Shown: one piece after another, positions 37,305 to 46,065 of the stretch
Layout: every line of letters begins with the position of its first letter
Numbering within the stretch: the first letter of the stretch is position 1
NCBI GenBank assembly: GCA_050737915.1
Contig: JBOHYL010000019.1
Location: forward strand, 6,927 to 70,926
Length of the DNA: 64,000 bases
Direction: 5' to 3'
DNA from: Rudaea sp.
Lineage (GTDB): Bacteria > Pseudomonadota > Gammaproteobacteria > Xanthomonadales > Rhodanobacteraceae
Made by a program: the position numbers and the translations under genes
The notes under the pieces: generated by a model
The model's input: only the letters and a program-made list of their open reading frames with translations
What the model was told of the DNA's origin: nothing
Database searches by the model: none

Positions 37305-37830
37305 CGTCTGCCGGCTTGGCGACCATGACCAGGGCCGGTCGCAGCAGGCGCTCGTTCAGCACATAGCCCTTCTGCATTACCGCCACCACGGTGTTCGGGA
37401 CGGTTTGCGGCGCGGCCACCATGCTCATGGCCTGATGCAGCTCGGGATTGAACGGCTGGCCGATCGGGTTGATTTGCTTGAGGCCGTTGTTCTCGGCCAC
37501 CTTGAGCAAGGCTTTCAGGGTCAGATCCATGCCTTCGCGCAACCCCTGTACATCGGCGGTAGCCACCGCCAGACCGCGTTCCAGGCCGTCGCACACCGGC
37601 AACAGGTCACCGAGCAGGCGTTCGTTGGCGAACTTGCGCGCCTGTTCCAGATCGCGCTGCAGACGTTTGCGCTGGTTCTCGATCTCGGCGCGTTCGCGCA
37701 GCAACAGCTCGCGCATCTCGCCGAGCTTGTTCTCGTACTCGGCCAGTTTCTGGCTGAGCTCGTCGGTGTCGGACTGCGCCGCATCGGCAACCGGATTGCT
37801 GGCCTGGTTCGGATCGGTGTTTTCCATCAT
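37300..37830 (-). CDS. grpE: nucleotide exchange factor GrpE
   Basis: 176 aa, with typical position and sequence (...RERAEIENQRKRLQRD...). Confidence 0.92.
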   Translation of the reverse strand: MMENTDPNQASNPVADAAQSDTDELSQKLAEYENKLGEMRELLLRERAEIENQRKRLQRDLEQARKFANERLLGDLLPVCDGLERGLAVATADVQGLREGMDLTLKALLKVAENNGLKQINPIGQPFNPELHQAMSMVAAPQTVPNTVVAVMQKGYVLNERLLRPALVMVAKPADA

Positions 37831-37903
37831 CGTTCGCTCCGCACTACAAAATCCGCAGACGGCTGGCGGCGCCTGCGGTATCGGTTCGTTTTGCCCCGCC
37901 GAG

Positions 37904-38947
37904 CTATTGGGCCGCTCTGGCCTGATTCAAGGCGCCGGACAGGATTTGCGCCGTCGCCTGCACCACCGGGATCACGCGCTGGTAGGCCATGCGCGTCGGA
38001 CCGATCACACCGAGCACGCCGAGTACGCGGCCCTCCACGCCGTAGGGTGCGGTGATCAGGCTGCATCCATCCAGTGCGGCAAAGCCCGATTCCTCGCCGA
38101 TGAACAAGCGCACACCCTCGGCACGGGCGCAATTTTCCAGCAACATCAAAAGATCGCGCTTGCGTTGAAACGCCTCGAACAGCTCGCGCAGGCGATCCAC
38201 ATCGGGCAGACCCTGAGCGCCCATCAGGTTGACCTGACCCGTTACCAGCATGTCGGCATCGGGCCGTCCGGGAAATGCCTGTTGTGTTACGTCAGCGGCT
38301 GCGACCATGAGCTGATGCAGGCGATTGCTGGTTTCGCGCATCTCGCGTGTAAGCCGCTCGCGGATCTCACCCATGCGCAATCCGGCATAGTTGGCGTTGA
38401 GAAAATTCGCTACCTGCTCGAGTTCCGCCGCTGAGTAAATGCGTTGCGTCGTGACCACGCGGTTCTGCACCTCGTTGTCGACGAAGACCAGGATCACGAG
38501 TACGCGGTCGCCGCCGACTGCAACGAAATCGATATGCCGGAACGGGAATTCCTCGCGTTTGGGCACGGTTACCACACCGACGAAACGGGTGGCCTCCGAG
38601 AGCAGCGACGACACACCGGTGAGCAGATCCTGAGTCGCACCCTGCATGGGCAGCTCACGGCGCAACTGTTCTACCTGTGGCGCATCCAGCGGTTTGACCT
38701 CGAGCAGCGAATCGACGAACACGCGGTAGCCCTGTGCCGTCGGCACACGCCCAGCCGAGGTATGCGGTGCCGCCAGCAGCCCTAGTTCCTCCAGATCCGC
38801 CATCACATTGCGGATCGTAGCCGGGCTTACGTCCAAACCGGCACTTCTGGCGAGCGTGCGCGAACCCACCGGCTTACCGTCGGCGATGTACTGGGCAATC
38901 AGGGCACGCAGCAACTGGCGCGCGCGCGCATCGAGCGGGTTGGGCAT
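37904..38947 (-). CDS. hrcA: heat-inducible transcription repressor HrcA
   Basis: 347 aa, MPNPLDARARQLLRALIAQYIADGKPVGSRTLA... Confidence 0.92.
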   Translation of the reverse strand: MPNPLDARARQLLRALIAQYIADGKPVGSRTLARSAGLDVSPATIRNVMADLEELGLLAAPHTSAGRVPTAQGYRVFVDSLLEVKPLDAPQVEQLRRELPMQGATQDLLTGVSSLLSEATRFVGVVTVPKREEFPFRHIDFVAVGGDRVLVILVFVDNEVQNRVVTTQRIYSAAELEQVANFLNANYAGLRMGEIRERLTREMRETSNRLHQLMVAAADVTQQAFPGRPDADMLVTGQVNLMGAQGLPDVDRLRELFEAFQRKRDLLMLLENCARAEGVRLFIGEESGFAALDGCSLITAPYGVEGRVLGVLGVIGPTRMAYQRVIPVVQATAQILSGALNQARAAQ

Positions 38948-39007
38948 GACAACTCACGGCAAACGGGGATTGCAGCCACTGACGCTAACCAGCGACCGCC
39001 TACTGGT

Positions 39008-39035
39008 CAATAGGGTTGTTCCAGATCGTTTCAAG
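39008..39035 (-). promoter_or_regulatory. sigma-32 type promoter for hrcA-grpE
   Basis: The minus strand reads CTTGAAA-N13-CCCTATTG, about 60 nt upstream of the hrcA ATG. Confidence 0.5.
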
Positions 39036-39355
39036 CTCCGAAATCGCTGGACTTGGCTCGACAAAGCCCGTAGTCTTGCATCCAGACGCGGAAGCATTCA
39101 GCGCCGGCAAGCTCCGGCCGTCGTACGACCCGCCCGCGCAGTCCGACTTCATCGTATGTCCATGCCCGGCTCGCCGGTGTGTGTGGCTGGTGACAAAAAT
39201 CATTGCATACCCATCGTTGCGAATCGGGGTTCGCGTACGCCAGTTGCAGTGAGTCGAGACGCCGAACCGCCGGATGCTTCCGAACTATTCCAAGATGCAA
39301 ATTCCTGTACTTTTTCGCTTCGTCAGTAGCGCAAACGCATGATCGAATTGCGCCC

Positions 39356-40210
39356 ATGAGCACGCAGGCCGCCGCAAGTCCGGAATCGCCGGAAGCCGCT
39401 GGCATTTTCGCGCCCGTCCCGCAGCAGCAGGAGATGCCGCTGGCAATCGTGCGTGGCCAACCGGTACTGCAGATGCCGCAGGACTTGTATATCCCGCCGG
39501 ACGCGCTGGAAGTCATTCTCGAGGCGTTCGAAGGGCCACTGGATCTGCTGCTCTATCTGATCCGTCGGCAAAACCTCGACATTCTCGACATACCGATCGC
39601 CGAAATCACCCGCCAGTACGTCGATTACATCGAACTGATGCAGGATTTGCGCCTGGAACTGGCCGCCGAATATCTGGTGATGGCCGCGATTCTGGCGGAG
39701 ATCAAATCGCGCCTGCTGCTGCCGCGCCCGCCCGCGGAGGAAGGTTTCGAGGAAGACCCGCGCGCCGAATTGGTGCGCCGCCTGCAGGAATATGAGCGCT
39801 TCAAGAAGGCCGCCGAGGACATTGAAGCGTTGCCGCGCCTGGAGCGCGATTTCGCGCTGGTTTCGGCGTTCGTGCCGGACAAGAACGTGGTTCGCTTGCC
39901 GCCGCCGGTGGATTTGCGCGAATTGCTGCTCGCCCTGAAGGATGTGCTCAAGCGTGCCGATCTTACCGGGCGTCACGCGATCCAGCGCGAGGCCTTGTCC
40001 GTGCGCAACCGGATGAGCGACGTGCTCAAGGCAATTGGGAATGGCGCGTTCCATCCGTTCGAAAGCCTGTTTAACGCCGAGGAAGGCCGCCTCGGCATCG
40101 TCGTCACGTTTCTGGCAATACTTGAGCTCGCAAAGGAACACCTGATCGAGATCATGCAGGCCGAACCGCTCACGCCAATCTATCTCAAATCCCTCGCCGT
40201 AGCCGCCTGA
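39356..40210 (+). CDS. scpA: segregation and condensation protein A
   Basis: The track ORF starts at 39203, but I prefer ATG 39356 (MSTQAAASPE...). The core FEGPLDLLLYLIRRQNLDILDIPIAEIT is ScpA. Confidence 0.85.
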   Translation: MSTQAAASPESPEAAGIFAPVPQQQEMPLAIVRGQPVLQMPQDLYIPPDALEVILEAFEGPLDLLLYLIRRQNLDILDIPIAEITRQYVDYIELMQDLRLELAAEYLVMAAILAEIKSRLLLPRPPAEEGFEEDPRAELVRRLQEYERFKKAAEDIEALPRLERDFALVSAFVPDKNVVRLPPPVDLRELLLALKDVLKRADLTGRHAIQREALSVRNRMSDVLKAIGNGAFHPFESLFNAEEGRLGIVVTFLAILELAKEHLIEIMQAEPLTPIYLKSLAVAA

Positions 40211-40215
40211 ACTTT

Positions 40216-40905
40216 GTGACCGTCACCATCATGGAAATCGCCCAACTAAAACGTATCGTCGAAGCCGCCCTGCTCGCCGCCTCCCAGCCACTGTCTCTGA
40301 CCCAATTGTCGGCCCTGTTCGGCGAGAACGAAGCCGTCGGCCACGACGATCTGGCGCGTGTGCTTGCCGAGCTGGGCGAAGAATGCGCCAATCGCGGCGT
40401 GGAACTACGCGAAGTCGCCTCCGGTTTCCGCTACCAGGTGCGCCAGGACGTTCACACCTGGGTGGCGCGACTGTGGACCGAGCGTCAGACCCGCTATTCG
40501 CGCGCCCTGCTCGAAACACTGGCACTGATTGCCTACCGTCAACCGATTACCCGCGGCGAAATCGAGCAAATCCGTGGGGTGGCGGTGTCAACGAACATGG
40601 TCAAGACGCTGGAAGAGCGCGAATGGGTACGCGTGGTCGGATACCGCGACGTACCCGGCAAGCCGGCGCTGTTCGGCACCACCCGCGCCTTTCTCGACTA
40701 CTTCAATCTCAAATCGCTCGACGAACTGCCGCCGATGGCGCAGATCCGCGAAATCGAGGATTTCGATCCGCAGCTCACCTTGGCGCCAGTGGCGATCGCG
40801 GACGCGGAAATCTCCGCGGATGCACTGATGCCTCCGGACGGCGAAGCGGCCAACGAAGAGCCCGAGGAATCCGTTGCCGATGCCGCGCAGGAGCCAAGCG
40901 CATGA
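40216..40905 (+). CDS. scpB: segregation and condensation protein B
   Basis: 229 aa, with AYRQPITRGEIEQIRGV. The start is GTG 40216 or ATG 40231. Confidence 0.85.
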   Translation: MTVTIMEIAQLKRIVEAALLAASQPLSLTQLSALFGENEAVGHDDLARVLAELGEECANRGVELREVASGFRYQVRQDVHTWVARLWTERQTRYSRALLETLALIAYRQPITRGEIEQIRGVAVSTNMVKTLEEREWVRVVGYRDVPGKPALFGTTRAFLDYFNLKSLDELPPMAQIREIEDFDPQLTLAPVAIADAEISADALMPPDGEAANEEPEESVADAAQEPSA

Positions 40906-42335
40906 GTTCATCCACGCGCACCCTGCTTACGCTCAAACGGGCCCAGCCGGAAGCTGGCGGCATCGAGGAACGCTTGCACAAGGTACTGGCCAATGCCGGT
41001 CTGGGTTCGCGCCGACTGCTTGAGGAACGCATTCAGGCCGGCGAAGTGAAGGTCAACGGAATCGTCGCCGAAATCGGCTCGAGCGTGCATGCCGGAGATC
41101 GCGTGGAACTGGATGGCAAGTTGTTTGTCGCGGTCAACGACAGCAGCAATCACGCCCAGGTACTGATATTCCACAAGCCCGAAGGCGTAGTCACCACCCG
41201 TGATGATCCGGAAGGTCGTCCGACCGTGTTCGAGCAGCTGCCGCGGCTGAAAGGTGCGCGCTGGATCACGGTCGGCCGGCTGGACATCAACACCACCGGC
41301 CTGCTGCTGCTCACCACGGACGGCGCGCTCGCGCACAAACTCATGCACCCAAGCGCCGAGGTCGAACGCGAATACATCTGCCGCGTCCACGGCGAAGTGC
41401 CGGACGAAGCGCTGGAGCGTCTCCAGGCCGGCGTTCAGCTTGAAGACGGTCCGGCGCGTTTCGAGGAACTGGCTGTTATCAGTCGCGGCGACAGCCATTC
41501 CTGGTTTCGCGTCGTGATACGGGAAGGCCGCAATCGCGAAGTCCGGCGCATGTGGGAATCGCAGGGCCTGCTGGTCAGCCGCTTGAAACGCATCCGTTAC
41601 GGCAACGTCGAACTGCCGCGCGGTCTGCTCAAAAGTCGCAGCCACGAGCTGGGACCCGAGCAGGTGAAAGCCTTGCGCGATCTTGTTGGCGCCGCTGACG
41701 CGCAGCCCGGCCTGACCCTGCAGCCGGTAATCGGCCAGCGCCGCGCGCCAAGATCCGCTGCCAACGAATTCAAGCCCGCGCCGCGCACCCAGCAGGCTTG
41801 GACGGGCGCTTACCATGACGAAGGTCGCGAATTGCGCGCGTTCGACCGCATCCGTGAAGACAAACCATTCGCCCGCCCAGGTGGCAAGCGCGGACCCGGA
41901 GGCAAGCGCAAACCACAGCGTGGGGGCAACGCAGCACCTGGATCCAATCGCGATCCACGCACGGCCGGACCACGGCCGCCGCGCCGTGGCGCGCGTCCGC
42001 AAACGCAGATTGGCGTGTATCAACCACCGCGGTGGCCGGGCGAAAACGCCGCCAGCCCACGCCCGCCCCGGCGCAACAAGCCCGGCCCACGACGCGGCAA
42101 CGAAAATTCTGGCTGGCGCCCCCCGGTCACCGGCCTGCCGGGCGAGCGCAACGACGACAGCGGCGCACGTCGCTTCATCGCCGGGCTGCGCGCAGAAAAC
42201 ACACGCTATGTGCCACGCGGCGAACCACGTCCGCAACGTCCGGGGAGCGGCGTACCGCGCGACGATATCGGCAATCGCCTGTCGCCGCGCGACGGGCGGC
42301 CCGGCGGGCGCCGCGGCAAGCCGCCGCGGCGTTGA
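40902..42335 (+). CDS. rluB: 23S rRNA pseudouridine synthase RluB with a long Arg/Gly/Pro-rich C-terminal tail
   Basis: The real start MSSSTRTLLTLKR... at ATG 40902 overlaps the scpB stop (ATGA). It has an S4 domain, the RsuA/RluB catalytic motif GRLDINTTGLLLLT, and then about 200 aa of low complexity. The track ORF from 40383 is a 5' extension. Confidence 0.85.
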   Translation: MSSSTRTLLTLKRAQPEAGGIEERLHKVLANAGLGSRRLLEERIQAGEVKVNGIVAEIGSSVHAGDRVELDGKLFVAVNDSSNHAQVLIFHKPEGVVTTRDDPEGRPTVFEQLPRLKGARWITVGRLDINTTGLLLLTTDGALAHKLMHPSAEVEREYICRVHGEVPDEALERLQAGVQLEDGPARFEELAVISRGDSHSWFRVVIREGRNREVRRMWESQGLLVSRLKRIRYGNVELPRGLLKSRSHELGPEQVKALRDLVGAADAQPGLTLQPVIGQRRAPRSAANEFKPAPRTQQAWTGAYHDEGRELRAFDRIREDKPFARPGGKRGPGGKRKPQRGGNAAPGSNRDPRTAGPRPPRRGARPQTQIGVYQPPRWPGENAASPRPPRRNKPGPRRGNENSGWRPPVTGLPGERNDDSGARRFIAGLRAENTRYVPRGEPRPQRPGSGVPRDDIGNRLSPRDGRPGGRRGKPPRR

Positions 42336-42344
42336 CGCATAGCG

Positions 42345-43061
42345 CTAGTCGAGCTTGATTGCCTTGCGATCGCTGTCGCGGCGCTTCTGTTCTTTGGCGT
42401 TGAAATCGGCGATGCAACTGTCACGCTTGACCATCACGCAATCCAGATAGTCGGTCGCTTCTACCAGAGCGGCGCGAATCGCCTTGCCCGCAGGCGTGTT
42501 TTCCTCATGCGCCAGATTGCCGCCGAAGCCGCCGCGGTATACGCCCACCGAGATGCCGCCGCCGCTGCTGCGTCCTTCGACGGTACGCGAAAAATCGATA
42601 TCGCCGGTCTCGGTATTGATCACGCGCAGATCCACCGCGAGGTACGCCTCACTTTTCTTGCCGCCCAGCGAAATGCCGCGGAAACTCAGGCCGCCGCCGG
42701 TGCTGGCTGTGTTTTCCTCGTATGAAGTCACGGTGCCGGTAATCAGATATTGTGCCCCGGTCAGCTTGCCGATCTTCGGCCCGCTATGTGGGGCGACGCG
42801 TCCGGACGCCGCCAAATTCTGTTCTTCCAGCACATTCTGCAGTTTCTGCCGTTCAACCACGCGGAAATCCCCGGTCGAGGACAATTCGTTCGACAACATG
42901 CCGGACAATTCCCAGCCCACGCCGCCACGCCACCACGCCGCGCCCGATTCGTTGCGGAACTCGGACACGCCGATGACTGGTTTTCCATCCCCCGCGTAGG
43001 CGCTACCCGCTGCCGCCAGACCCGAAATTGCCAACGCCAAACCTACAGCCAGCTTCTTCAT
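42345..43061 (-). CDS. CsgG/HfaB-family periplasmic/outer-membrane protein (no other curli genes nearby)
   Basis: The preferred start is MKKLAVGLALAISGLAAAGSAYA (ATG 43061, GGGGAG upstream). GVSEFRNESG...LSNELSSTGDFRVVERQKLQNVLEEQNL matches the CsgG family from memory. The signal peptide has no lipobox Cys. Confidence 0.7.
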   Translation of the reverse strand: MKKLAVGLALAISGLAAAGSAYAGDGKPVIGVSEFRNESGAAWWRGGVGWELSGMLSNELSSTGDFRVVERQKLQNVLEEQNLAASGRVAPHSGPKIGKLTGAQYLITGTVTSYEENTASTGGGLSFRGISLGGKKSEAYLAVDLRVINTETGDIDFSRTVEGRSSGGGISVGVYRGGFGGNLAHEENTPAGKAIRAALVEATDYLDCVMVKRDSCIADFNAKEQKRRDSDRKAIKLD

Positions 43062-43314
43062 GATGTACTCCCCGCAGTGACGATAAGTGCTATTCACGAA
43101 AAACCGCATGCGCCTGGTCCCGCCCGGCCGCCGCGGCGTGGAAGCGCACTATAGCGGCTTGCAAACGATATCCGCAATCTGACCCGATCCTGCGTGAAAA
43201 GTTCGTGCACAAAATCGCCTGTTTGCGCATTAACGCAGCGGCAACCTGCGGTTAACCGCAGTCACATGTGCGCTGCGTATGCTGGCAACGCCCCACAACA
43301 GCAGGAGCCTTTCC

Positions 43315-43554
43315 ATGCGCAGTCGACGCGAAACCGAATCCAAGGTATTTGGCTACACCATCGAGCGTCTGAATGAATTCGAAGACAACGGTCTGCCGTG
43401 CGCGCCGCGCTACGAGGTGCTGTGCCCGCGAACCGGTGCCGTACTCGGCAATTTTGCCGATACGCAAACAGCCAAGCGCTTCATCATCGTGCGCGAACTG
43501 CGCGCGATCCGCGCAGGTACGCAACGGCTGAATCAGGATATCCGCGTCGCCTGA
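43315..43554 (+). CDS. small hypothetical protein (79 aa)
   Basis: ATG 43315 has AGGAG 7-8 nt upstream. I recognise no similarity. Coding status is unproven. Confidence 0.4.
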   Translation: MRSRRETESKVFGYTIERLNEFEDNGLPCAPRYEVLCPRTGAVLGNFADTQTAKRFIIVRELRAIRAGTQRLNQDIRVA

Positions 43555-43561
43555 CCACTGA

Positions 43562-44356
43562 CTAGGTGAGGTTCCCAAGTGTGAACGCGTCCGCATCCAT
43601 CCATGCCGGAAAATGCTCGCGATGGGCGGCGAGCGCGGTCGCATTGAGCGTCGCCGTGACGACCTGTTCCTGCGCACCGAGATCGATGAGTGGCTGGCCA
43701 AGGAAATCCAGCACCGTGCTGTCGCCGGAATAGGCAAGACCATTGCCGTCGGTGCCAACACGGTTGAGTCCGGTGCAGTAGCTCAGGTTTTCGATCGCGC
43801 GCGCACGCAACAGCGTGCGCCACGCGTAGGCGCGCGCACTCGGCCAGTTGGCCACGTACACAAGCAGGTCGTATTCGCAGCCATCCGCCGAATGGCGATT
43901 GCGTGAGTACACAGGAAAGCGCAGGTCGTAGCAGACCAATGGACAGATTCTCCAACCGCGCCATCGCACGATCAGGCGCTCGTTGCCTGCAGCGTAGCGT
44001 TTGTGTTCGTCTGCGTAGCGGAACAAATGGCGCTTGTCGTAATGGCGAATCTGCCCGTCCGGCGTTGCGAACAGCAGACGGTTGTATAGCTTATCCCCGA
44101 CCCGCAATTGCACGCTACCGACGATCGCCGCATCCAGGGCTGCGGCTTGTTCGCGCAGCCAGGCAACGCTCGCTCCATCCATCGTTTCGGCGTTGTGGAT
44201 CGCCTCGTTGGAGAATCCGCTGGTGAAGGTTTCCGGCAGCACGATCAGATCGCTGCCGTGCAGTGGCGCGATCAGTTCACCGTAGTACGCGCGATTGCCG
44301 GCGGGATCGTGCCAGCGCGTGGCTCCCTGCACGAGCGAAATTTTCAAAGCTTGCAC
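43562..44356 (-). CDS. carbon-nitrogen hydrolase family amidase (omega-amidase/YafV-like)
   Basis: This is the C-terminal 264 codons of track ORF 43562..45136: (V)QALKISLVQGATRWHDPAGN...LIVLPETF...YDKRHLF...RICPLVCYDLRFP. The Glu-Lys-Cys triad contexts are present. The putative GTG start at 44356 overlaps the upstream gene by 13 nt. Confidence 0.8.
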   Translation of the reverse strand: MQALKISLVQGATRWHDPAGNRAYYGELIAPLHGSDLIVLPETFTSGFSNEAIHNAETMDGASVAWLREQAAALDAAIVGSVQLRVGDKLYNRLLFATPDGQIRHYDKRHLFRYADEHKRYAAGNERLIVRWRGWRICPLVCYDLRFPVYSRNRHSADGCEYDLLVYVANWPSARAYAWRTLLRARAIENLSYCTGLNRVGTDGNGLAYSGDSTVLDFLGQPLIDLGAQEQVVTATLNATALAAHREHFPAWMDADAFTLGNLT

Positions 44357-45489
44357 AGTCGCTCCGCTGCCGCTGCAAGAGTATCGTCGCTCTTGGCGAA
44401 GCACAGGCGCACCAGGTGCGCATCCGGCGGCGTCTCGTAGAAGGAGGATACCGGAATCGCAGCAACGCCCGCTTCGCGCACCAGCCATTCGCAGAAATTC
44501 AAATCGTCCGCCGCACTCAGTGCGGAGTAATCCACGAGTTGGAAATAGGCGCCCTTGACCGCCAACAGCTGGAACTTCGACGGCGACAGCAGCGTATGAA
44601 AACGATCGCGCTTGGCCTGATAGAAGGCCGGTAAATCCAGGTAATGCTGCGGATTGGATTCCAGCGCTTCGGCGAATGCCGATTGGGCGGGAGCGAAGGT
44701 GCAGAACGTTAAATACTGGTGCACTTTGCGAAATTCCGCGCTCAATTGCTGCGGCGCGATGCAATAACCGATTTTCCAGCCGGTGCAGTGATAGGTCTTG
44801 CCGAACGAACTGATCACAAAGCTGCGCGCGGCCAGCTCCGTATGGCGCAGTACGCTTTGATGTTCCAGGCCGTCGTAGATGATGTGCTCGTACACTTCGT
44901 CGGAGAGGACAAAGATATCCGTGCCGCGCACGATTCCCGCGAGCGCATCCAGATCGTCCGCGGCCAACGTGGCGCCGGAAGGATTGTGCGGTGAGTTGAT
45001 CACGATCATGCGCGTGCGCGGCGTGACCGCATCCCGCACGCGCTGCCAGTCGACCGCAAAATCCGGCAGGCGCAGCGGGATATGCACGGTGCGTCCGCCG
45101 GCCAGTTCGATCGCCGGCTCGTAGCTGTCGTAGCACGGATCGAGCACGATCACTTCCTCGCCGGTGTGCACAACCGCGGCAATCGCCGCGAACAATGCTT
45201 CAGTGGCGCCGCTGGTGACCGTAATTTCGGTATCCGCGCTGACTTTGCGCCCATACAGTTTTTCGGTCTTGAGCGCGATCTGCTCGCGCAGCTTTGCCAC
45301 GCCGGTCATCGGCGCGTACTGGTTTTTGCCGGAATTCATCGCCACGGTCAGTGCGTCGCGCAGCGACTGCGGGCCATCGAAATCCGGAAAGCCCTGGCCG
45401 AGGTTGATCGCCTTGTGCTGCGTCGCCAGTTGCGACATCACGCTGAAAATCGTCGTGCCCACCTTGGGCAGCTTGGTCCGGATCTGCAT
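44344..45489 (-). CDS. PLP-dependent aminotransferase (methionine/glutamine aminotransferase, YbdL-like)
   Basis: The real start is MQIRTKLPKVGTTIFSVMSQLA at ATG 45489. It has INSPHNPSG and SFGKTYHCTGWKIGY (PLP lysine). The track ORF to 45741 runs through tRNA genes. Confidence 0.85.
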   Translation of the reverse strand: MQIRTKLPKVGTTIFSVMSQLATQHKAINLGQGFPDFDGPQSLRDALTVAMNSGKNQYAPMTGVAKLREQIALKTEKLYGRKVSADTEITVTSGATEALFAAIAAVVHTGEEVIVLDPCYDSYEPAIELAGGRTVHIPLRLPDFAVDWQRVRDAVTPRTRMIVINSPHNPSGATLAADDLDALAGIVRGTDIFVLSDEVYEHIIYDGLEHQSVLRHTELAARSFVISSFGKTYHCTGWKIGYCIAPQQLSAEFRKVHQYLTFCTFAPAQSAFAEALESNPQHYLDLPAFYQAKRDRFHTLLSPSKFQLLAVKGAYFQLVDYSALSAADDLNFCEWLVREAGVAAIPVSSFYETPPDAHLVRLCFAKSDDTLAAAAERLCKL

Positions 45490-45567
45490 CGCGCCTCGCC
45501 GTTTGGATGGCCAAATCGAATGAGCGGCCGTACCCGGATGGTAACACGGGCTTGGGATGCGTCGTGC

Positions 45568-45656
45568 TGGTGCCCCGAGCCGGACTCGAACCGGCAAGGC
45601 CGATGAGGGCCGAGGGATTTTAAGTCCCTTGCGTTTACCGGTTTCGCCATCGGGGC
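45568..45656 (-). tRNA. leuZ: tRNA-Leu (anticodon UAA), long variable arm, CCA encoded
   Basis: The reverse complement is GCCCCGATGGCGAAACCGGTAAACGCAAGGGACTTAAAATCCCTCGGCCCTCATCGGCCTTGCCGGTTCGAGTCCGGCTCGGGGCACCA. Confidence 0.9.
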
Positions 45657-45681
45657 GCGCGGAACCCGATGATACCGGATG

Positions 45682-45755
45682 TGGAGGCCAGGGTCGGAAT
45701 CGAACCGGCGTACACGGCTTTGCAGGCCGCTGCATGACCACTCTGCCACCTGGCC
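45682..45755 (-). tRNA. cysT: tRNA-Cys (anticodon GCA)
   Basis: The reverse complement is GGCCAGGTGGCAGAGTGGTCATGCAGCGGCCTGCAAAGCCGTGTACGCCGGTTCGATTCCGACCCTGGCCTCCA. Confidence 0.9.
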
Positions 45756-45787
45756 GATGGCGCGGTCAGCGTAGCAACGCCGACCGC

Positions 45788-45817
45788 AAAAACAAAGACC
45801 TCGGTGAGACCGAGGTC
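45788..45817 (-). terminator. intrinsic-terminator-like hairpin inside the tRNA Gly-Cys spacer
   Basis: The minus strand reads GACCTCGG-TCTCA-CCGAGGTC followed by TTTGTTTTT. Confidence 0.5.
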
Positions 45818-45943
45818 GCACGAACGGCAAATGGAATTGCCGCCGCCGGCCGGGCGCAGCCCGGTGGCGCGAGCGTGGCGCGGCTTTGCCGCGTCCGCGA
45901 GGCGAAAGATCGCGGCAGGATGCCCGATCTTTCGGTATTGAAA

Positions 45944-46019
<76 letters not shown>

Positions 46020-46065
46020 GCGAGGGCGAGCATTATACGGGTTGCGCGATGGATCGCAACCGGCG

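Noticed and set aside
35770-38055. 761-aa ORF antisense to dnaK and grpE
   Set aside because: This is the classic long antisense ORF of hsp70 genes in G+C-rich genomes. It runs across the dnaK-grpE intergenic promoter and has no coding-like composition. Both sense genes are certain.
38948-39355. Small ORFs (39016..39252 +, 39000..39203 -, 39031..39516 -) and a possible CIRCE or ncRNA in the 408-nt hrcA-scpA intergenic region
   Set aside because: None of the small ORFs has a ribosome-binding site or recognisable protein features. There is no TTAGCACTC-N9-GAGTGCTAA match. Only the sigma-32-like promoter could be supported.
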